DNA from: Nemertoderma westbladi
Taxonomy: Eukaryota > Animalia > Xenacoelomorpha
Reading direction: 5' to 3'
Assembly (NCBI GenBank): GCA_032718475.1
Contig: JAUCBJ010004794.1
Coordinates: forward strand, 1-59,286
DNA: 59,286 nucleotides
The number at the start of each line of letters is the position of its first letter. Position 1 is the first letter of the stretch. The notes under the pieces were generated by a model. That model was not told the origin of the DNA. It saw only the letters and a program-made list of their open reading frames with translations, and ran no database searches. A program made the position numbers and the translations under genes. Shown here piece after piece: positions 10,619 through 23,940 of this stretch.

Positions 10619-11866
10619 TCAGATTCCAACGTAGTTTGTCCCCTTGAAGGTGTAAATGAAACTCGTGAGTGATTTGCTCAATTCCACGCATTGATGATTG
10701 GGAAGAGTTATTTCCTTTGAAGTAGCAACATCATGAAGCATATTTTGTAGTTGTATCAAAGCTTCCGTTGCTCGATCATCATTGTCAAAAGTGAAGGCAG
10801 TATGCAAGAGCCTATCACTGATTTCAACAGTATTCGAAAGCATCATAAAGTGAAGTTTAATTCTTTCAGAGATTAATCGTTTCTCACTTAATTCATCAAA
10901 TTCATCTGCTTCATCTGCATCAAATGTTAATTTGTTTACTTCTTCTGGGGTTAGTAATATCGAATCATGTAGTGAGATTATGGCTTTACCAGCATCGACT
11001 TCTACTCCTGAAGCAATGGCAATATTCCTTTCTTGTTGAAGATTTGTAATATAGCCAAATGTTGAACTATCGAATGAAACATAATTGCCAGGATGAAGAA
11101 TAAAGTGTATTTGTGTGTTGATGAATGGACGACAGACTTCGAGATAGTGTCGAAGAAGAGCGATAGCTGTAGCTGAGATAGGTAGCCACCCTCCATTGAT
11201 GGTATCCGTAAGGTTGACAATTTCAGTATAGGTAGATGGTTGAGTGTTTGATGACTGAGCAACTTTAAAATTAAAACCAAAATGTAACTCGGTTTTTTTG
11301 TCATATATACAAATTAGCTCACTCATTTTCTCCCACAAAGTAATAATATCCATATCGAATAATTTGAATATCCTACATTCTTGATTGTTTTCTAGATTAA
11401 TTGTTGGTTTATAATTCCAAATTAGAAGAAACATTGATTTTGCAGTTGCATGAAAATCGAAGAGTGAGTTATCAGCAGAAAATGTAGCTTTCAACGATGA
11501 TGGTCCCAACATTTTTTCAAAACTTTCATGATTAAGGTTGTCACGAATGAAGGTAAAAACAGAAGATGGAATTGTAAAAGTTTCTTCGATAGTGGGAATA
11601 TTGAAAGATACAATATCTTGTGACTTTTGCACTTTGAGGCAATCATTTGTTGGGCAGTATAATGTTTCGTCTGAAGATTGATAAACCCCGTCTTCCAACT
11701 GATAGCAGGCCCTCATTATAAAATGAGCATAATGAGAAGGGATGCGAGTAGGATGATTACGAAAGGTGTTGACAGTGAGTGGGAACTTTTGGTTGGAGGA
11801 GTCGAAATAAAACCCAAATGAATTGTCGGATACTGAGATCTCATTTTCGTTGGTTGTTAGATCCAT
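10619..11866 (-). CDS. Hypothetical 415-aa Maverick accessory protein
   Basis: Long intact ATG-initiated ORF in AT-rich DNA with an upstream TATA/CCAAT cluster; no family recognised. Confidence 0.8.
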   Translation of the reverse strand: MDLTTNENEISVSDNSFGFYFDSSNQKFPLTVNTFRNHPTRIPSHYAHFIMRACYQLEDGVYQSSDETLYCPTNDCLKVQKSQDIVSFNIPTIEETFTIPSSVFTFIRDNLNHESFEKMLGPSSLKATFSADNSLFDFHATAKSMFLLIWNYKPTINLENNQECRIFKLFDMDIITLWEKMSELICIYDKKTELHFGFNFKVAQSSNTQPSTYTEIVNLTDTINGGWLPISATAIALLRHYLEVCRPFINTQIHFILHPGNYVSFDSSTFGYITNLQQERNIAIASGVEVDAGKAIISLHDSILLTPEEVNKLTFDADEADEFDELSEKRLISERIKLHFMMLSNTVEISDRLLHTAFTFDNDDRATEALIQLQNMLHDVATSKEITLPNHQCVELSKSLTSFIYTFKGTNYVGI

Positions 11867-11998
11867 GAGTGAGTGAGATGAATAAGCTATTTGTCAATTA
11901 TTTAAAATAATAAATGAAAACAATTTATAACAAAAAATGATAAAGTTTACTTGAATATGAGTGATTATTCGAAAGAATGAAAAAACTTTTGCTAAAGA

Positions 11999-12090
11999 CG
12001 CTTTATATATGGATTTGTATAAGGATTTGTCCAATCGGAACCAATAGCCAATCAAAAAGTAGCCAAGAAGTATAGGTTAGCCAATAAGGA
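11999..12090 (-). promoter_or_regulatory. Putative Pol II promoter of the 415-aa ORF (TATA box plus CCAAT cluster)
   Basis: TATATAAAG on - at ~12001-12009, ~135 nt upstream of the ATG; four CCAAT pentamers at ~12031-12085. Confidence 0.55.
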
Positions 12091-12188
12091 AAGGTTTCTT
12101 TACGTATGGTTTAAAAATAGACTATTGGTGCCGCTATGACGGGAAAAATAATCCTTTTCTAATCTTTTAAAAAATTGTCATTTTATGA

Positions 12189-12388
12189 AAAGAAAATTTT
12201 GAATAGTTTCAGAGATTATCTTTAGGTTGATAGCATTGCAATTAAAAATATCAAAGAAAATTTTGAATAGTTTCAGAGATTATCTTTAGGTTGATAGCAT
12301 TGCAATTAAAAATATCAAAGAAAATTTTGAATAGTTTCAGAGATTATCTTTAGGTTGATAGCATTGCAATTAAAAATATCAAAGAAAA
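12189..12388. repeat. Perfect 64-bp tandem repeat x3.1
   Basis: Unit aaagaaaattttgaatagtttcagagattatctttaggttgatagcattgcaattaaaaatatc starts at 12189, 12253 and 12317. Confidence 0.95.
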
Positions 12389-12522
12389 AGCGGCATTTGC
12401 ATTATTGTGTGTTGGAATTAGTGAATCCTATTGGTTTCGATTGGGTTGCATAAAGGTGTAGTGTAGGCAGACCTAGCAACAAAGTGCCCTGGTCAGTTTT
12501 ACACTTTCCAAGTTCTTTCATA

Positions 12523-12770
12523 TTATTCTCGAATCTTGTGTCCTTGAGCATGTTGTTATAGCATGAGGTTGATGGAAACAATGTCTAACAAGCTTCAGGT
12601 AGAGATTCTATAGGGTGATGCCGGGTCTCAGCAATGAAATGTTGTTTATTCTCGAGTTTTGTGTGCTTGGGCATGTTGTCATAGCATGAGGTTGATGGAA
12701 ACAATGACTAGCAAGCTTTAGGTAGAGATTCTATAGGGTGATGCTGGGTCTCAGCAATGGAATGTTGTTG
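12523..12770. repeat. ~124-bp imperfect tandem duplication
   Basis: ttattctcga...tagcatgaggttgatggaaacaatg...ggtagagattctatagggtgatg occurs twice. Confidence 0.9.
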
Positions 12771-13384
12771 AAGCTGTATAATATTATAGTTGTTTATGTC
12801 TGCATCCCAAAAAACTTGATGTCTTCGAGAGTTAGGGCTCGATTGATTGTTACTATATAATCTCTGACAAATATAATTACTTTTGGGAAAATATTAATAG
12901 TTACCTTCAGTATGATAATAGTTTAGTTGTATATTTTAGTTGCTAAGAGATATGTAAATGGATGAGATGCCAAATTGCTTGAGTTAATGTTTAATATTAA
13001 AGTTGAGAATGAATTGCCAAGAATTTGTATACCCAGTAGTGATCATAGTTGCTATGGTGAAGAATAAGAATATATTTGTCAAACCAAAAATTAGTGTTAA
13101 TAATTAATCATACCTCGTAAACAATGTACTAATGATACTCTTCATTGTGTGTCTCTAAAGTGTGAAATGAATTAAAAAGCAAATTGTTGAGAAATCCACC
13201 AGCACCCATCATTCTCAAGCTTTCACCCCATGAAGGTTTGAGTGATGGTTTCTCCGGATCTTAACCATAAATAAAAGATTAGTCGCGATTTGTGTATGAG
13301 ATAAAGGATAAAAGAGCAATATAATTGCAATTAACACTTTGAACACTAGGCTTAATTATGTAGGTGTTGTTTGGTATAAGAATG

Positions 13385-13553
13385 GGTGTGAGTGATTAAG
13401 GATTAACATCTACAACAATAGGATTAACACCTGCAACAATAGGATTAACACTCTAGGTGTGAGTGATTAAGAGATTAACACCTACAACAATAGAATTAAC
13501 ACCTGCAACAATAGGATTAACACTCTAGGTGTTTTTGGCACAAAAAGGTGTGA
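13385..13553. repeat. Nested short tandem repeats, probably Maverick subterminal repeats
   Basis: ggattaacacct(a/g)caacaata units nested in a larger ggtgtgagtgattaag-headed unit. Confidence 0.6.
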
Positions 13554-13559
13554 GTGAGG

Positions 13560-13805
13560 TCTAAACTGTCGCCATATCCTGGTGTCCCTTACTACTCCAG
13601 TTCTAACAGAAATGGGTACTTACTTTTAGACCTAATGGAAGAATGTGAATTGATACCAACAAACAACACATTCGAAAAGAGTAAGGGGAAGCTATGGACC
13701 TTTCAATACCCTAATGGAACCAAATCACAACTGGATTACATCCTTCTAAACAAAAAGTGGAGAAATAGCATGATCAACTGCGAGGCATACAGCTCGTTCA
13801 ACCTA
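13560..13805 (+). mobile_element. LINE (RTE-like) AP-endonuclease fragment
   Basis: NRNGYLLLDL..L...N..F.K..GKLWTF..PNG.KSQLDYIL.NKKWRNS...EAYSSF. Confidence 0.85.
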
Positions 13806-16800
13806 TATAACAGAATACTCTAAAATAGCCCTAAATTTATCCAATATGCGACGGGAAGGAATTAGAGCCAGGATGACGAAATCTGTCAGCTGATTTTTTG
13901 TGGACGTGGGGGTTCTTTGTTCTGCCTTATTCAGCCAATCAGAGCAATTTTCCCTTTATGTCTAACAGAAACCTATGGAAACTCGTGCAATGCATTACGG
14001 TCTTTGTTTTACTATTTTCTGAGCATCAGAGCCAGCTCAGAATTTTCTGTGCTTCTGTGTGGAAGTTTCAGACTTTGGCCTAGGAACATCAGATGGCCTT
14101 GATTATAAGAACGTAAAACTATTAACCTGAAACACCTGGATCACTGAATCACTGAACATGCTACAATGAACACTGAAACATCATCGTAACACTCTCTACA
14201 TACCATTGGACGCTGACTGTTCACTGCATTATTTTACTTCTGTTTATAGTACTTATTAATTGTTGTTATATTAATGGATATTGATGTTATATTTGGAGAA
14301 TACCGATAAATAATCATAAACCCCTCAATCTTATTGATTACTGAGGTAAGAGGAATAGAGTTTACCGGTAGCAACTGCGACTTAAATTATAGTGGTTTGT
14401 GTGAATTAAATGCTATTTCATAATCCCTACGTGTGTCAGTTGCGATCCTCCTTATATAGGATCAAATTCAGTAACGGTCGGCAGATTAGTGCGAACTAGT
14501 GTGAAGTAGTGTGAAGGTTAATAAAGCATCTCCTAAAGAATGCGCTATTTACGAAACTCTGTGGCCATCTAGTTGTGATTAGTATAAGTCATAACTCTGT
14601 TTTTATACTTAAAGCGCCACGTCCTAAAGGAACTGTTAATATTTCCCCGAAAATAAATATAGTTGTCTGAGATTATATAGTAACGATCAATCGAATAATA
14701 CAGTAGGTCTACACTGCAATAACTCTCAAGGAATCCGAATCCAGTCTCCCACAACGTGGGTCATAGCCGCGCACGGACTGGCTTCGGCTGATGTAACTTC
14801 AGTACACTAGGTAATTGATAAAGGCTAAAGTCGATTTATAAACAAGAAGACAACTAAAATTGGCAGGTTAAACTGCTAAAGGTCTAAAAGCGCGAACAGT
14901 TTGGTGTTAATGTTGTTAATCTCTGATAAGTATACAAGTACCGGTAGTATAGCACAATCAGTAACACAATGACAGCAGACAACCGATCACGGTTGAAAAC
15001 CGTTCGACTTCTGCTCACCAAATATACCAACTAAAGCACAATTGACAGAGTAACTGTTATATATTACATGGGACACATTATCTACCTAGGTTGGCTAAAC
15101 CAGTGGATGCGCTGTAATTGGACACATGCTGTCCCTCCATTGGTCGATCTATCCCCTTGGCCAAACCTACCTTCCCCTTTTCCTATGCTAGCTTCTACCC
15201 TGAGATGAGCTGTGCGCTGGCATCTCTCCCTGAGGCTGGCAGTGTATATTGATAGGTGCCAATTGTTAGGTGACATTATATTGGTAATGTCACCTAATCA
15301 ACTATAATTGGTAAAAAGCCACTTTCCCCATTTCCCGCTGGGTAGTGCAGCGAATTGGATCCGCTCACATCAATTCAGTTACTTGATCACCAGTAGTCCT
15401 GTAGTCAATACAGTTTAGTAGGGTAGGCCTACTTCTACTGCGGTCCCTACTTTATCTATTATCTCTTTATTGATTGGTCTATACGTTTTTGATTGTTTGT
15501 ACAGAGTAGCGACTGTTTTAGGTTGTTTTGTTTAGATTGTTTTGGATTTATTATTTGTATCGACTAGAAGTTTTGTAAAATTTGTGAATTGTAGCTAGGT
15601 ACAGTACTGTACGTTTTATTGTTTTTTGACAACTCCAATAACTTTTGTCCCATTTGTTTTGTACTGTTCGTTTTATTGTTTATAATGTTTGGGATGAATA
15701 TACTTTTTAACTCTTAGTTAACTACAGCTACTTTGATTATTTTACTGTTTGTGACGTTTAGCGCCTTAGCGTACTCTTATTATTATTATTATTAACATAA
15801 ACAAAAGATTAAATAATATATATTTTAGTTGTGCTGTTGTGGTACATAATGTGCACTGGTTTGAAGGCCCTTGACAATGTAAAGGAGATGTTAAACACAG
15901 CACGTTTCTCATTGTGCCCATGTTTCCATTTTCAAATATTCCTGTTAGACGGTTCAACACAACTGCAGTACAGCAATTACTGGTACCAGACTATCTAAAT
16001 ATTGGGTGTAAACTGTAACAATAAATTTTTATTTTAAATTTCTTCTAGAGCATATTTTTATCAAGATTCCAAATTTGATAACCGTTTAGCATGATCTGTC
16101 TTAATTCTCGAGATATGGCTGTCTATCTGTTTGACTGTCGGTCTGTCCGTCACCGTCAGTATGTATCCAAAACAATAGAAAGCATATACTACTGTATCTA
16201 TCATAAAAATTTCCTATATCGGTTTTCTTGGTCGGTGACTTCATTTCTGATGTCAGTATTCAAATTTGGCCTCGTCGTTTCTGTTTGTATGCTTGTCCTG
16301 CCCGTCAAAATAAAACCGACAGCCTGCTTCTACTGTAAGTTATTGATGACTAAATAATAAAATAGGCCTATTAAATATAATGCAAAAATAAAGAGATACA
16401 GTACGCCAGGGATCGAACACGTCTAATGTCTATGTTGATAAGTAATAGCGAAGTATCCATTCCACTAATCGGCAAGAATGAAAAAATAGGCATAATGAGG
16501 AACGAACTTTGTTTAACGCCTTCTACAATGTAAATGACACAGTTTTGTATGTATATCGTTGGCGGCAAATTCAAATCAAAGCGCCAACTGCCAGCTCTGA
16601 GAATCTGATAGAGAACTCTGACTACCCTGCATGCCTGCTGCCTGGCCAGGGGCTGAGTTGAAGTTGGACGTGTATGTCGTGTAGACGTACAGACGTACCG
16701 TCGGTAGGTAAGGCTACTGGCAGACACTGATTACCGTACACCTGTACTGCCATTGACTGCTGTACACGACTGTACAGTATCAGAGTACAGCCAACACTTC

Positions 16801-17274
16801 ACAGCTGCACAGTAGTATCGGTACTACTGTACTACAGTACTACTCTGCTACTACCTGACTACACTACTCTGCTACAGTACTGTCAGACTGCAGACTGTAG
16901 TAAGTAAGGAAAGGGAACACAAGCCAGCTAGTCAACTGGCAGACTGGTCAACTAGTTGCCCCACTATTGCCAGACTACACTAAGGTACCGGTCTGCCGGT
17001 ACCTACCGGCTACTGCCTGTACTGCCCTTCGTCGCCGACCGGGCTAACGGCTGACCTATACTCCCAGACTCCTGTCTGCCTGTACCTGTCTGCCTGTTGA
17101 CCTGTGTACTGTACAGTTTCAGTTTCTGGCAGTCTGGTACAATAATAAAACCTACTCTTATCTTACTGTCTTAGGGATGTATGGTCACTAGCTAACTAGG
17201 GCTGTCAGCTGTAGACGTCCGACAGTAGACAGTAGAGGGTGGTCCAAAAAATGTTCACGGGGTACGCGTACGGG

Positions 17275-19136
17275 CAGTCACTGATCTATGCCAAAATTGG
17301 CATTTTTCAAAATTGGAAGTTTTCATGCCAAAATTGGAATTTTTGATATATTTTTTGTCCAGGGTCAGCCAATATTGGCTGGGGTTAACTAAATTTTGCA
17401 AAAAATTATATTTTGATGCATTTAGAAACTTTTGACCGAGATAAAAAAAAATTCACCATGCTTTTGGTTTTTTATGATTAAAATGTTGATACTGTAACCT
17501 CTAGTTCCAAAATTGGAAGTTTTTGACCTGCCGTTTTTGGCATTTTTTATTCTGATAGAGGAAGAGCAGCTGCAGACTGGCAGAGAGAGATATCTGTATA
17601 TTGGTATATTACCGAACTTTTGTTGTAAATGTGTCACTGTCATGCTGTGCTGCTGTGACAGCTGTGATGTGACATTATACATTCTAGTGCAGTAGTGAGT
17701 TGCATGTGCTTGTGTGTGTAGTATATGGTGTACGTACAGTAGGTAAGGTACTTGTACTATCCAATATCCGAATACCTTAATGTGAATGTTAACCTTGATA
17801 TGATATCTTCTTAACTACACAAGAAACGCCCTGCGCTGGGCCATACAACAATGTAAGATTTGATTACATTATCAATTTCAATACTTTGTCTCTGTTTGTG
17901 TATAACTATACATTCTGACCTTTTTTTAAGAATTCACCATCACCTGCTTTGCTTAGCTTGAAGAAGACTTAGTTCCAGTTGTTGTGTTAGTGTTAGTACT
18001 TCCAGAGGCGGTCATTCATTACCAGTGCCTTTTGTTTTATTAAATGCCGACTTTGTGCCACACATCTACCTGTCTACTGCATAAGTAACCGCTTTAGATC
18101 CTAGAGCACCTTAGACCCTGAACGAACTTAGATCTTGGGTGAACTTAGATCCTTCCCATTTGAACTTAGATCCTTCCCAGGCAGCCAAGCGAACTTAGAT
18201 ACTTCCCCTACTGCCATACGAACTTAGATCCTTCCCATATGAACTTCGATCCTCAAAGTACGAACTTAGATTTCCACCTTGCATATATCTGTATATATCA
18301 GTATATTGCTGTACCATAGCTGTGTTAATGTAAAAACGTCATCCCCATACTGCCATAGGCCAGCAGACCTTACTGTAAATATTATCACGCTTGAAGGGAA
18401 GCGAACTTATACAGTAGATCCTACTACCATCAGACCATAATAATAATAAATAATACATTGCACCGAATTAGCTATTAATTTGCAAATTATAGTTTGTTGG
18501 TGAGTAACTAATCGCAACTACTTTGAGTGTATGACTTATTTGCATTAGATCATTATAAGTCTGTAAGTACTTTTATATGCTTAATGTAAAATGTAACACA
18601 GTACAATACTATAATATCAATTGAACGTGGCCAGCACTACATGATGTGAGATCTAAGTTCGCCTCTCCTCTAGCAGTCTAGCGTGTGCTAAGGAATTTGT
18701 ATAAATTTGGGATCTAAGTTCACCTAATTCAGTAGTTAGGATCTAAGCTCCCCCGGACTACCGGATAGGATCTAAGTTCACTTAGTTAGGATCTAAGTTC
18801 AACCAGACTGCCAGATATAGGATCTATGTTCGCATATATCTGTATATAGGACCCAAGTTTGCATAGATATAAGTTCCTCAAACTGTCAAAGTCACGCCCT
18901 GCAGGATCTAAGTTCGTTTACCGAAATATATATAACAGTATAATGCAAATGCATCATTATACGGTAATAAATTTGCATGAAAATAGATTAGTTCAAACTG
19001 TCAAAATACATTATTAATCTAATATCTGGCTGACTGGTGCCTATCAGTACTAGTTCCAATTTTGGAATTAATGCCGAAATTGGAATAAAAACTTCCATTT
19101 TTGAAAACTGCCAATTTTGGCATAGATCACTGACTG
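17275..19136. mobile_element. Non-autonomous DNA transposon, CAGTCA termini, 5-bp TSD ACGGG
   Basis: TIR cagtca(c/g)tgatctatgccaaaattggca at both ends; ACGGG at 17270-17274 and 19137-19141. Confidence 0.88.
18085..18923. mobile_element. Nested foldback element with inverted GAACTTAGATCC arrays
   Basis: gaacttagatc repeats at ~18090-18420 and the complementary gatctaagttc repeats at ~18650-18915. Confidence 0.7.
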
Positions 19137-19653
19137 ACGGGTACCTATTGCCTGACCGCCTGATTTTTTTGGTTATAGAGCTGTAGAGTAGGCCTAACTA
19201 CTGACAGGCAGTGTAATACTAAATAACTTACTGACTTAGATTTACTGGCAGGCTGGTACTGGCAGACTGGTAGTACTACAGTAGTACTGTAGTACCGGTA
19301 CTACTTCCTGACTTCTGTACTCACTCACTGACTTAATCTAATTCCGGAACTGCTGTACTGGTAGCTGTAGGCCTACCTGGCAGCTTGAATACACAGTCTG
19401 ACAATCCAGCACCTCAAGATACTGTACTACTACAGTACTATACCTGTATACAGGATACAGCTATATGTAGGCCTACTATAATTCTGGAAGGGGAATGGAC
19501 TGAGAATGATGCAAGGAGTTCTGTCCGCGACCAGGCTGCCAGGCAGGCCAGGATATAAGTACCAACAACGGCGACCCGGTGCCCGGATATGAGTACCGAC
19601 GACGGCGACCCTGATATGCAGATATGAGTACTAACGACGGCGACCCGGCCCGG

Positions 19654-22324
19654 CCCTATTGAAAAGTTTTATTTTCTGCGCCGAACGCAGCGCCGGGTGA
19701 CAAAAATCCTGCGCCGGCTCTGAGTAAAACCACGCCGGGTGCAAAAAATCCTGCGCCGGCTCTGTGCAAAACCACGCCGGGTGCAAAAATCCTGCGCCGG
19801 ATCTGTGCAATGCAAAATGCTGCGCCGGGTGAAAAATCTTCCACCGGCTCTTCAAAGCTGCACCGGGCACCGGGCTGACTGGTATAAAACATAAAATCTG
19901 CCTGTTATACTGTACTGTACCTGTAGTTTATTCGGTTATCTATAATACTGCAGCTACACTAATCCGAGTTGTTACTTAAACGAACGAAAGTAGTGGGTGG
20001 GTGAAATGAAAATAAGGATACAGAGACGGAAAACCTTAATAAAGACAAATGCAACAAGTACAGTACGTTGTTTTATTCCAAAAGTGTAACATTACGAAAC
20101 AACTACTTAAGAAACACTGCATGTAAATTTTTGTTGTCAAGTAAGGTGTACATTTTTTGAAATTAGTCAAATGTTACAATATGATTATAAATTATAGAAA
20201 GAATATTAAAGACTACTTCAGTAGGCCTAGTCCTTGTATATATGTACTACGTTCTACTTTATTACATACTACTTGGTCCTATACGTCTATGCTACAGATA
20301 GATACGGTATGTCTGAATGAATACCGGTAATGACTAGCTGTATGTTATGTTTATTAATATCGCCAGAATAACAATAAAATATTAATTTTTGCACATGTAC
20401 GTACACGTACAGTAGATTAAAATAAAATAAACACATATCTGCAAAGTACGCTAATAAGCGTATGTACTATTGTAAGAAAAATACGGATAATGGTATTCAG
20501 GTAAAATTAGTAAAATAATTAAAATTATAGTTTATTTACAGTATATACCTACAGTTGGTGCATATTAATTATTAAAAAAAATTAAATTACAGAAAAATTA
20601 AATTAAAAACCGGCAAAGCATACTTACAGTAGGTTCAAGGGCTTCAACAACATACAGTCAGACAGTACCAAAGGGAAACATATTAATAAGGACAAGTTTA
20701 TAATACTCTATAGGATAGAATAGAACACAACAATACGTAGTTATACGGAACATAAATTTGGTACCGTAGGTACAGTATGTCGCATAAGTAAAATATTACT
20801 GCTGAAATAAAACGCGCAAAGTAAAGTAACTACAAACGATAGGAAAACAATTAAACATAAAAAAACACTATTTTAAAATTTAACACAAAAAAAAGTTTAT
20901 TGGGATTGAAAAAATGAAAATAATAGGTACTGTAGCTAGATTTTAATAAAGATATTGTATCCAAAAGATATCGCTTTCGCTACTGCCACTTGGCGCACAG
21001 GAGTATCACTATATATTCATTTTAAAGGACATTTCGCAGTCTAGTCTATTTTTCAATATGCTCAATCATGAAGTACCAAGGGTATTACGTGCATTAACAA
21101 CACTTTCCGGTAATGGTAAAGGATTCCAAATGTTTGCAACGCTGTCTGCAAAGTTGTTGCGTGTTAGCATTGGTGGAGTTAGGAACGAAACTTGTTCAAG
21201 ATGTTCAATATTTATCATGTCGGAGGAATGGCGAACAAACAACTGTGTTGTATTCAAGGAAAGGCCGAACAAGGGATTTGTATAACAGGGTCAGAGGGTA
21301 AACATCGGAGCTTCCAAATATGTAAAAGTTATTCGTATTAAATGTACGACTCGCATATGGCGCGGGCTGCACAGCTGCAGTCTTTGTGCAGTGAGCTGTG
21401 ATGTGTAAATGTAATTCCAAAATCACGTTCCTCGGTTGCCGATAAAAGTGTCCGTCCATTCATTGTGTAAAACGTTGCTTGGGGATTTCTAGAACATAGA
21501 TGTATGCATGACCTTGCACTTGGAGTCATTGAACTGCAATTTCCAATGGTTACACATGTGTGTCGGTAATAAATTGTTTCATTATCAATAGTGCCAGTAT
21601 AAGTCGTTTTGTTTTATTCACTGTTTAACTTCATTCTGTCTGCCTGTTTTATTATATGTGCAGTTTTATTTATACGCTTCTATCACAGCGGTGTCTCCAT
21701 CCAAATAATATAATATAATATAAATATTAAATATAGCTTATATGTACAATACAGCAATATTATGTAAATAAATAAACTGACTATGACCAATAGCAATAAT
21801 GACTGATCAGCTGATAGCTGGAACTGTGATAGCCTACCTGCCTACTGCATAACAGCTTAAGGTTAAATATGTAAATAAATGACCAGTTGCAGTCAGCCAG
21901 TGCTGCAGTGTGAGTTTCCTTTCTGCCTCCTGCATGGCCAGTTGTTATTGTGTTGCTGTGCTGTTGGTCTGATGAACGCATGTCTGCTGTCTCAGTCTCA
22001 CTGTCTGCCTGGTGCTAGGTTCGGCTGATTTCTGCGCCAGGCAAATACAGAAATATGTATACGCCGGGTGTGCTGGGCTGATTCCTGCTCCGGCGCCTCG
22101 TCAATTTCTGCAGCGTCGACGCCGGGAATATTTCGACGCCTGCTGCGCCGAGCGCAGCATATCTACCATTGCCAGTGCTCCGCCGGCTGCGCCGGCGTAG
22201 CACATCTCTGCGCCGACCCTTCCGGCTCATTGCCCGGCGTAGCACATTTCTGCGCCAGCTCCCGGCGCAAGTTCTAGTGCTGCGCCGAACGTGCTCGGCG
22301 TACATGTAAAACTTTTCAATAGGG
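19654..22324. mobile_element. Non-autonomous DNA transposon, TIR CCCTATTGAAAAGTTTTA, apparent 8-bp TSD CGGCCCGG
   Basis: 18-bp TIR at both ends, subterminal (tg)cgccgg arrays, flanking duplication at 19646-19653 and 22325-22332. Confidence 0.85.
21040..21555 (-). mobile_element. CR1/L2-like LINE RT C-terminal fragment, degenerate
   Basis: Minus-strand pieces WKLQFNDSKCKVMH, EERDFGI, LYKSLVRPFLEY..VCSP, NIWN.LP.SVV. Confidence 0.8.
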
Positions 22325-22350
22325 CGGCCCGGATATGGGGAAAATACACA

Positions 22351-23889
22351 TAGGGAAAGAAACTCCGGCTCCGGTCAAACTCCGGCAATTTTTTTTCCAC
22401 TCTGGCTCCGGCTCCGGCAAAATAAAAACTCCGATCGAGCCCTAATCGGTATATCGTTCAGTCGTTTTTTTCCTTTGTCAGTACTGTAGTATTGATAGGC
22501 TCCGTCTCGTGGGTATTCAGGGGACCCCCATTCGACGTATTCGCATCTCCTCCTGGTTGTTTCGGGTACCACCGCCCGCCATATGCGCATCTCTTCGTGG
22601 TTGTTCCGGGTACCACACCCGTTCGCCGCATTCGCATCTCATCGAGGAAGTTCGGGTCCGGGTACCCCGTGTAGGCCTATTCATTCATCATTGTTGTTTT
22701 TAAAGACCTACCTACATTCACCCTACACGTGCATCTACATGTAGGCTACACATACCTACATGTAGCCTCTATGTAGGCTATACCTCTACGCAAAAGTTTT
22801 ACCCGGTCTTGTAGTCTTGGGTAAGTCTGTAAGTGGAAGACTGTCAGACTGTCAGACTCATAGGCCTACAGCTGTACAGCGAAAGACAGTCAGACAACAG
22901 GACAATGCAACAGCAATAGGCAGATAGGCCTACAGTGTTTAGCCTACGGCCATACCGTACCGTAATACAGTCGGCACTCAGCAGTACAGTCTGCCAGTAG
23001 ACGTTGATCAGTTCGCAGACGGACGTCCGGTGTCTGGCTGTATGTTTGCCTTGCCTATCCATGTAGCTATGCATCGTGCAGCACAAATACTTTTTGCCGG
23101 AGCTCCTGCACCTAATTTGACCGGAGCCGGACATGCCAAGTCCGGCCGGGTCATCCTAAACACCCAACTACACCCAACCACACCCAACTACACCCAACTT
23201 TCACCCAACTACACCCAACTTTCACCCAACTACCACCCAACTACACCAAACTTTCACCAACTACTGTACACCCAACTATACCACCCAACTACACCAAACT
23301 TCCACCCAACTCTGCAACTACACCCAACTTCAACCCAACAGCATCCAACTTATACCAAACTATACTGTATGGCACCAAAATTCCACAAATTACAATATTT
23401 AGCCTAAAGTAACAAACTCTGAACTTCTTTGAGGAATTGCTGATATATGAACTTTTAACAGTTGCATGTACTCGTACTGTATTTTGCCATCACTGCCCTG
23501 CAATTATGAAAATAAATGGGAATATGTCACACCCTTTAGGTGTGTTGCTACATAGTCGGATCCCAAGTGGGGTTTCCCATCGGGCTTTAATGTGGATCAC
23601 TACTTGGCGATGTGGGGTTTCATTATGGATGCTGTAATTTTGGGATGTTGATTTAATAATAATTTGTTAAATATTTGGTGCCATACAGTAGGTACCGGTA
23701 TAGTTTGGTGTAAGTTGGATGCAGAGTGGAAGTGGAAGTGCAGTGGAAGTTGGGTGTAGTGGGGTGGAACTGTGTGGGTGTAGTTGGCTGAAAGTTGGGT
23801 GTAGTTGGGTGAAAGTTGGGTGTAGTTGGGTGTAATTGGGTGTTTAGGCTGACCGGTCCGGCCGGAGCCGGAGCTCTGGTCGAACCCTA
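22351..23889. mobile_element. Possible hAT-like MITE (TAGGG...CCCTA) with CTCCGG repeats, host to a nested insertion
   Basis: taggg..ctccggctccgg at left and ccggagccggag..cccta at right; TSD not resolved. Confidence 0.4.
23148..23855. mobile_element. Foldback MITE with CACCCAACT arrays, 8-bp TSD GTCCGGCC
   Basis: Ends gggtcatcctaaacacccaa / ttgggtgtttaggctgaccg; duplication at 23140-23147 and 23856-23863. Confidence 0.85.
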
Positions 23890-23940
23890 GCTCGGAGACG
23901 GGGGGGGGGGGGACTTGATGCAAAACCCGCCTTGGCGAAT

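Larger units (their letters stand above)
507..13553 (+). mobile_element. Maverick/Polinton (adintovirus-like) endogenous viral element, decayed, left end truncated
   Basis: Co-located pPolB, A32/FtsK-like ATPase, rve integrase, pentons, major capsid protein and adenain protease in an AT-rich intronless block. No intact TIR pair found; boundaries approximate. Confidence 0.95.

Noticed and set aside
12189-13553. CRISPR-like arrays or a complete Maverick TIR
   Set aside because: Repeats are contiguous without unique spacers, the context is eukaryotic, and no matching inverted copy exists at the left end.
13899-15330. Solo LTR(s)
   Set aside because: Some promoter and polyA-like signals, but no convincing TG...CA pair with TSD or PBS.
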